Shown one piece after another: positions 60,108 through 64,000 of a DNA stretch of 64,000 nt. The notes under the pieces were generated by a model, which saw only the letters and a program-made list of their open reading frames with translations, did no database searches and was not told the origin of the DNA. Position 1 is the first letter of the stretch. The number at the start of each line of letters is the position of its first letter. The translations under genes and the position numbers were made by a program. Where the stretch lies: positions 620,001 to 684,000 of the forward strand of contig CDROCS010001089.1 in assembly GCA_977020255.1 (NCBI GenBank), read 5' to 3'. Origin of the DNA: Obrimoposthia wandeli. Taxonomy: Eukaryota.

Positions 60108-60803
60108 ATGCACACTATTTTGCTAGCAGATATTTTTGGTGAAACTGAGGCGCTACAAAAATTTTCAGCGGCGTTAGCTGCAGAACCTGTCATTATTTCG
60201 CCTTACGATGAAATGTTAGATTTCGCCGATGAAGCACAAGCGTATGCGCATTTTACTCAGCATGTGGGTCTGGAGAAATACTGCCAAAAAATCATCGATC
60301 ACCTTCACACATGTGAAGCGCCTGTCTCTGTGATTGCTTTTAGTATCGGCGCTTCTGCTATTTGGAAAATTAGTGCAATGGCGCAAGAAGAGGGTAATGT
60401 TGTTGCGAAGATTAGCGCTGAGGCGGTAATGAATGGAGCGGCGAAAATAAGCGCTGCGGTTAAGGTAAGTGCCGCGGCGAAAATAAAAGGAGCGTTGTGT
60501 TTTTACAGTTCGCAAATTCGTCACCTAACTGATTTGCAAAATAGCTTTCCCATCCAATTAGTCTTCGCCAAACACGAAGTACAGTTCTCAGTCACTGATG
60601 TAATAAAACAGTTATCCACAAAACAGCAGCTGCAGGTTCATAAGTCAGATTATTTACACGGATTTATGAATGTTCAATCGAGCAATTTTGATGCACTCGC
60701 TTATCAGGGATATATTGAGTGTATTCTAGCTGTGCCGAAAAATAGCAGTTATCATTTAACAAAGTTTACTGATAAGGGGGAAATACCACGTGGCTGTGAT
60801 TAA
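60108..60803 (+). CDS. Dienelactone-hydrolase-like alpha/beta protein
   Basis: ADIFG, AFSIGA nucleophile elbow, FYSSQIR, HGFMN. Confidence 0.75.
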   Translation: MHTILLADIFGETEALQKFSAALAAEPVIISPYDEMLDFADEAQAYAHFTQHVGLEKYCQKIIDHLHTCEAPVSVIAFSIGASAIWKISAMAQEEGNVVAKISAEAVMNGAAKISAAVKVSAAAKIKGALCFYSSQIRHLTDLQNSFPIQLVFAKHEVQFSVTDVIKQLSTKQQLQVHKSDYLHGFMNVQSSNFDALAYQGYIECILAVPKNSSYHLTKFTDKGEIPRGCD

Positions 60804-60917
60804 CCGTGCATCATGTACTTTATTTTCTCAGCTTTTAAGAAGCCTTTTTTGCAATAGAGCCGTACCACCCATTTATGACGATGCATTAATGGGCGATAAA
60901 CTGATTTACGGTTAAGG

Positions 60918-62036
60918 CTACTGTGTTAATGTAAAACGAAGCTGATTCTGTTGCGTGATGATGCCACCCCGATTACCTACTTCAATTGATCCATAGCGCT
61001 GTTTAAAACACTCAGGCAACTCCCTGTCATTTTCTAGTGATAGCCATAGTCGAAATAAATGGCGTCTATCATCGGCATCAGGCCAATCTGTGAACCCTTC
61101 TCTGTCATGTAACAATGCATGGTTATAGACGAACTGCATATCACCCGGTTGCAATTGCATCGAAAAATGTAGATCAGGGTTATTCGCCAATGCATCAAAG
61201 GTATCTAGTGCTTCAATGTGTGCATCCGTTAAGCGTAAAGCCTCGGGGAAGCGCTGGGCGCTATCAATATATTGGCGCTGATAAATACTTGTTAGTTTTT
61301 CTTGGTGCCAATTAAATACTGGAATTTCAAAGTAAGGTTTTTCTCCTTCTGGAATTTCTCCGCGCCTATCTGTGGCAATAGGCTCAAATAATAATGCCAG
61401 TAGATCAGGGCGCGTGACGCGCATTTGGTTATAAATAGTTTCGCTGCTCACTAACAGTGATTTACCGCCAACTTTTGCCGTTTTTAAGCAGAGTAAACCT
61501 ACCACATCAGCAGAATCTGTATGGAATGTCTGGCGTTCAGCAGTTTGGTAAATACGTGTATTGTGATCTTTTGCGCTCATGCCTAGATTACGAACATGCC
61601 CTAGAATATGACCTTGTGCATTTTGTGATCTGGCTTTACCTAAATAACAACCGAGACCACAGAATATAACCGCTGCCATTTTTTGGTCGTATTGATTAAC
61701 AGGTAAGCCTCTTATGACTTCAAAGCCAATGCCATTGATTAAGCTTTGTTGCAGTGCTACTAACTTAGATCTTAGCGTGGGTAATAAAAAGTTCTGAATA
61801 TTTATATCGGCAATATCAGTGCCTGCTTTGATAAAGTGTTTAGCAGCGGTTTCTAATTCATCTATTTCACAAGGCGTTAGCTGCGTTAACCAGCGTTCAG
61901 GGTGATTTGCCATCTCTTTGCCTAGCCAAGCGGAGGGTCTAGTAATGAATACATCGGGTGTCTTTATCGTGTTCAATCTAAGTTCCTTTAGCTTTGGGGG
62001 TATGAAAATCGGTTGAATAGCTGATGAAATAAGCAT
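60918..62036 (-). CDS. TauD/TfdA (clavaminate-synthase-like) Fe/2OG dioxygenase
   Basis: FHTDSADVVGLLC (HxD), NHALLHDR, RHLFRLWL. Confidence 0.9.
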   Translation of the reverse strand: MLISSAIQPIFIPPKLKELRLNTIKTPDVFITRPSAWLGKEMANHPERWLTQLTPCEIDELETAAKHFIKAGTDIADINIQNFLLPTLRSKLVALQQSLINGIGFEVIRGLPVNQYDQKMAAVIFCGLGCYLGKARSQNAQGHILGHVRNLGMSAKDHNTRIYQTAERQTFHTDSADVVGLLCLKTAKVGGKSLLVSSETIYNQMRVTRPDLLALLFEPIATDRRGEIPEGEKPYFEIPVFNWHQEKLTSIYQRQYIDSAQRFPEALRLTDAHIEALDTFDALANNPDLHFSMQLQPGDMQFVYNHALLHDREGFTDWPDADDRRHLFRLWLSLENDRELPECFKQRYGSIEVGNRGGIITQQNQLRFTLTQ

Positions 62037-62122
62037 TTGTCGTTAATTGACAGATTATAACTTAACACTTAATCTTAGAATAAATTAGCTTGTTTAAGTT
62101 ATTTCAAACAGAAGAAATTACT

Positions 62123-62989
62123 ATGGATATTCGTTTTTTACAGAGTTTGGTGGCCGTTGTTGAACAAGGTTCTATTGCAGGTGCCGCCCGTGAACAAAAT
62201 TTGACGGCAACCGCCGTCAGCCAAAGAATTAAAAGCCTCGAAGAACAGCTCAATTGTGTGCTGCTTTCTCGCATTGGCCACAATGCCTTACCGACAGAAG
62301 CCTGTAATCACATGTTGGCACGTGCTAAAAATATTATTGCTGATAGTCTGTTACTGAAAACGGATGTGAAGCCTCAGGGGCTAGTAGGTAAATTAAGATT
62401 AGGCACTATTCCCACAGCGCTCACTGATTATGTACCGATGCTAGTGAATGAATTTTCGCAAAAAGCACCTGATGCTGAGTTAATTATTATTCCCGGTGCG
62501 TCTGCTGATTTGTACGATCGCTTACTTGAGCAAAAAATTGATGCGGCGTTAATGATAGCGCCTTATTTTACGGTTCCCAAAAAATACCACGCCACAGAAA
62601 TTGCGATCGAGTCACTGTGTTTGATTTCTAGCAAGCCATTAAACGGCAGTATTAGTGATATTTTAGCGCAGCATCCATTGATACTGTTTGATAGAAATAC
62701 ATGGGGAGGAAAGCTCACCTGGCAGTGGCTACTGAATCAAAAAACACTCTTTAATACCTTGTGCGAAATAGATGCATTTGAAACGATGATTGCGATGGTA
62801 CAGGCAGGTTTGGGCATCACTATCTTACCCAAATGGCAGGGGTTGGCCTTACATAAGAATATATCAGTACGTGATTTACCGACGCCAGCAGAGCAGTGCC
62901 GAAAAGTCATGTTTGTGTCTGATCGTGCATCCCCAGTGCAAAGCTTGATCGCACTAGGCAGGAAGAAACTGTTAAAAATGCCGGTTTAG
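62123..62989 (+). CDS. LysR family regulator divergent from the TauD gene
   Basis: GSIAGAAREQNLTATAVSQRIKSLE. Confidence 0.92.
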   Translation: MDIRFLQSLVAVVEQGSIAGAAREQNLTATAVSQRIKSLEEQLNCVLLSRIGHNALPTEACNHMLARAKNIIADSLLLKTDVKPQGLVGKLRLGTIPTALTDYVPMLVNEFSQKAPDAELIIIPGASADLYDRLLEQKIDAALMIAPYFTVPKKYHATEIAIESLCLISSKPLNGSISDILAQHPLILFDRNTWGGKLTWQWLLNQKTLFNTLCEIDAFETMIAMVQAGLGITILPKWQGLALHKNISVRDLPTPAEQCRKVMFVSDRASPVQSLIALGRKKLLKMPV

Positions 62990-63139
62990 CATTGTCTTTA
63001 AACAGTTTTATTTGAATTATACCTACTAGTTCAACACTAGAAAGAGTGGCACATGCTGAATAGAATGACTAAAACTCATCATCGGCTTCGTTATTATTCT
63101 TAATAAAACGGTGATCTTGCGTGATGAGGTTATCTCTTA

Positions 63140-64000
63140 TCATCGTTTCGCGTTATACCCCAAGTAATGCTTTATCAGCTGATAGAAGCGGGTGACATGC
63201 ACTGGTTTATCTCCCTGAAACGGATGAACAAAATAAAATGGCCAAACTTCTCCATGGAAATTTTTCATAATATGCACCATAAGCCCTTGGTTTATTAGAG
63301 ATTGACTAGCGATTTCAGGTATTAGCACATAGCCCATATCTTGCAGAGCCATTGATATAGCACATGATAAGCTATTGCTTTGGGCAAAACGGTGTAGCGG
63401 CGTAATTTTTTCTATGGATGCTTCGTCATCATCTCGCCTTAGTTTGCTACGACAGACGGATAGCTCCGCATTTTGCCAGGACGCTGATATCCATCGGTGT
63501 TGGGTTAATTCTTCTAGTGTCTCAGGTGATCCGAATTTTTGAATATAGCTGGGCGAAGCACAAAATATTTCGCTGGCTTTGCCCAATGGTAATGCTCGGT
63601 AGTTGCTGTCTCGTAGTTCGCCTCCATAGATCGCAACATCCAATTTATCGTTTATCAAGTCTAAAGGTTCATCGGTTATTAGCACCTTTATCTCGATCTT
63701 TGGGAACTCTTTACAAAGTTGGCCAAGTGCAGGTGCTACAACGTCTTTTTCTAGCAGATGGGGAGCGGTGACAGAAAATAGCCCCGAGGGTGTCTGTTCT
63801 GCGCTGCTGAGCTCTTGAAATGCCAAATCCACCTGATCTTTTAACAACACACTGCGCGAGAGCAGTTTGGCACCGTTGGCAGTTAATGCCACACCACGCG
63901 TATTACGAGATAATAACTGAATCCCGGTTTGTTCCTCCAAACGGCTGATATGTTGGCTTACTGCTGACTTGCTTATGCCTAGATGCTGCGCTGCAAGGGT
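63140..64000 (-). CDS. LysR family regulator (5' end outside the window)
   Basis: The frame is open to the window edge: AAQHLGISKSAVSQHISRLEEQTGIQLLSRNTR. Confidence 0.9.
   Translation of the reverse strand, partial: TLAAQHLGISKSAVSQHISRLEEQTGIQLLSRNTRGVALTANGAKLLSRSVLLKDQVDLAFQELSSAEQTPSGLFSVTAPHLLEKDVVAPALGQLCKEFPKIEIKVLITDEPLDLINDKLDVAIYGGELRDSNYRALPLGKASEIFCASPSYIQKFGSPETLEELTQHRWISASWQNAELSVCRSKLRRDDDEASIEKITPLHRFAQSNSLSCAISMALQDMGYVLIPEIASQSLINQGLMVHIMKNFHGEVWPFYFVHPFQGDKPVHVTRFYQLIKHYLGYNAKR

Noticed and set aside
1151-63771. Short ORF-track entries antisense to or nested within long genes (e.g. 1151-1465, 40752-41261, 43511-43882)
   Set aside because: Shadow frames of well-supported genes, with no independent signals.
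1-64000. CRISPR array, tRNA or rRNA
   Set aside because: No regularly spaced repeat-spacer units and no cloverleaf or rRNA signatures were seen. The repeats found are dispersed elements.

Overview
A 64-kb chromosomal window from an AT-rich, probably marine or cold-adapted gammaproteobacterium. This taxonomy is inferred from gene content only. No rRNA, tRNA or CRISPR array was seen. Main content: (i) 0-6 kb: racemase fragment, MCP, pecS/pecM-like pair, oxidoreductase, VOC protein. (ii) 6-19 kb: an orphan PhnD-like binding protein / histidine kinase / degenerate HD-GYP operon next to half of an exopolysaccharide (EPS) cluster and a LuxO-like sigma54 activator. (iii) 19-31.5 kb: a decaying accessory patch with many pseudogenes, an atcJABC-like cold-adaptation operon, integrase and IS66 remnants and a DUF2971 fusion gene. 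(iv) 32-45 kb: a urea transporter and two DddD-like class III CoA-transferases with LysR and BCCT genes. (v) 45.8-51.7 kb: the other half of the EPS cluster. (vi) 52-64 kb: redox/stress genes, a phd-doc module, a second decay patch, and MEKHLA, TauD and LysR genes. At least four families of short repeated elements are scattered across the window. The most coherent unexplained structure is a set of four sigma54 (-24/-12) promoters, each preceded by LuxO-type TTGCA-W3-TGCAA-like boxes. These appear to wire both EPS halves, an unannotated small membrane protein and possibly the PBP-kinase operon to the LuxO-like regulator. All family calls come from reading motifs by eye; no database search was run.
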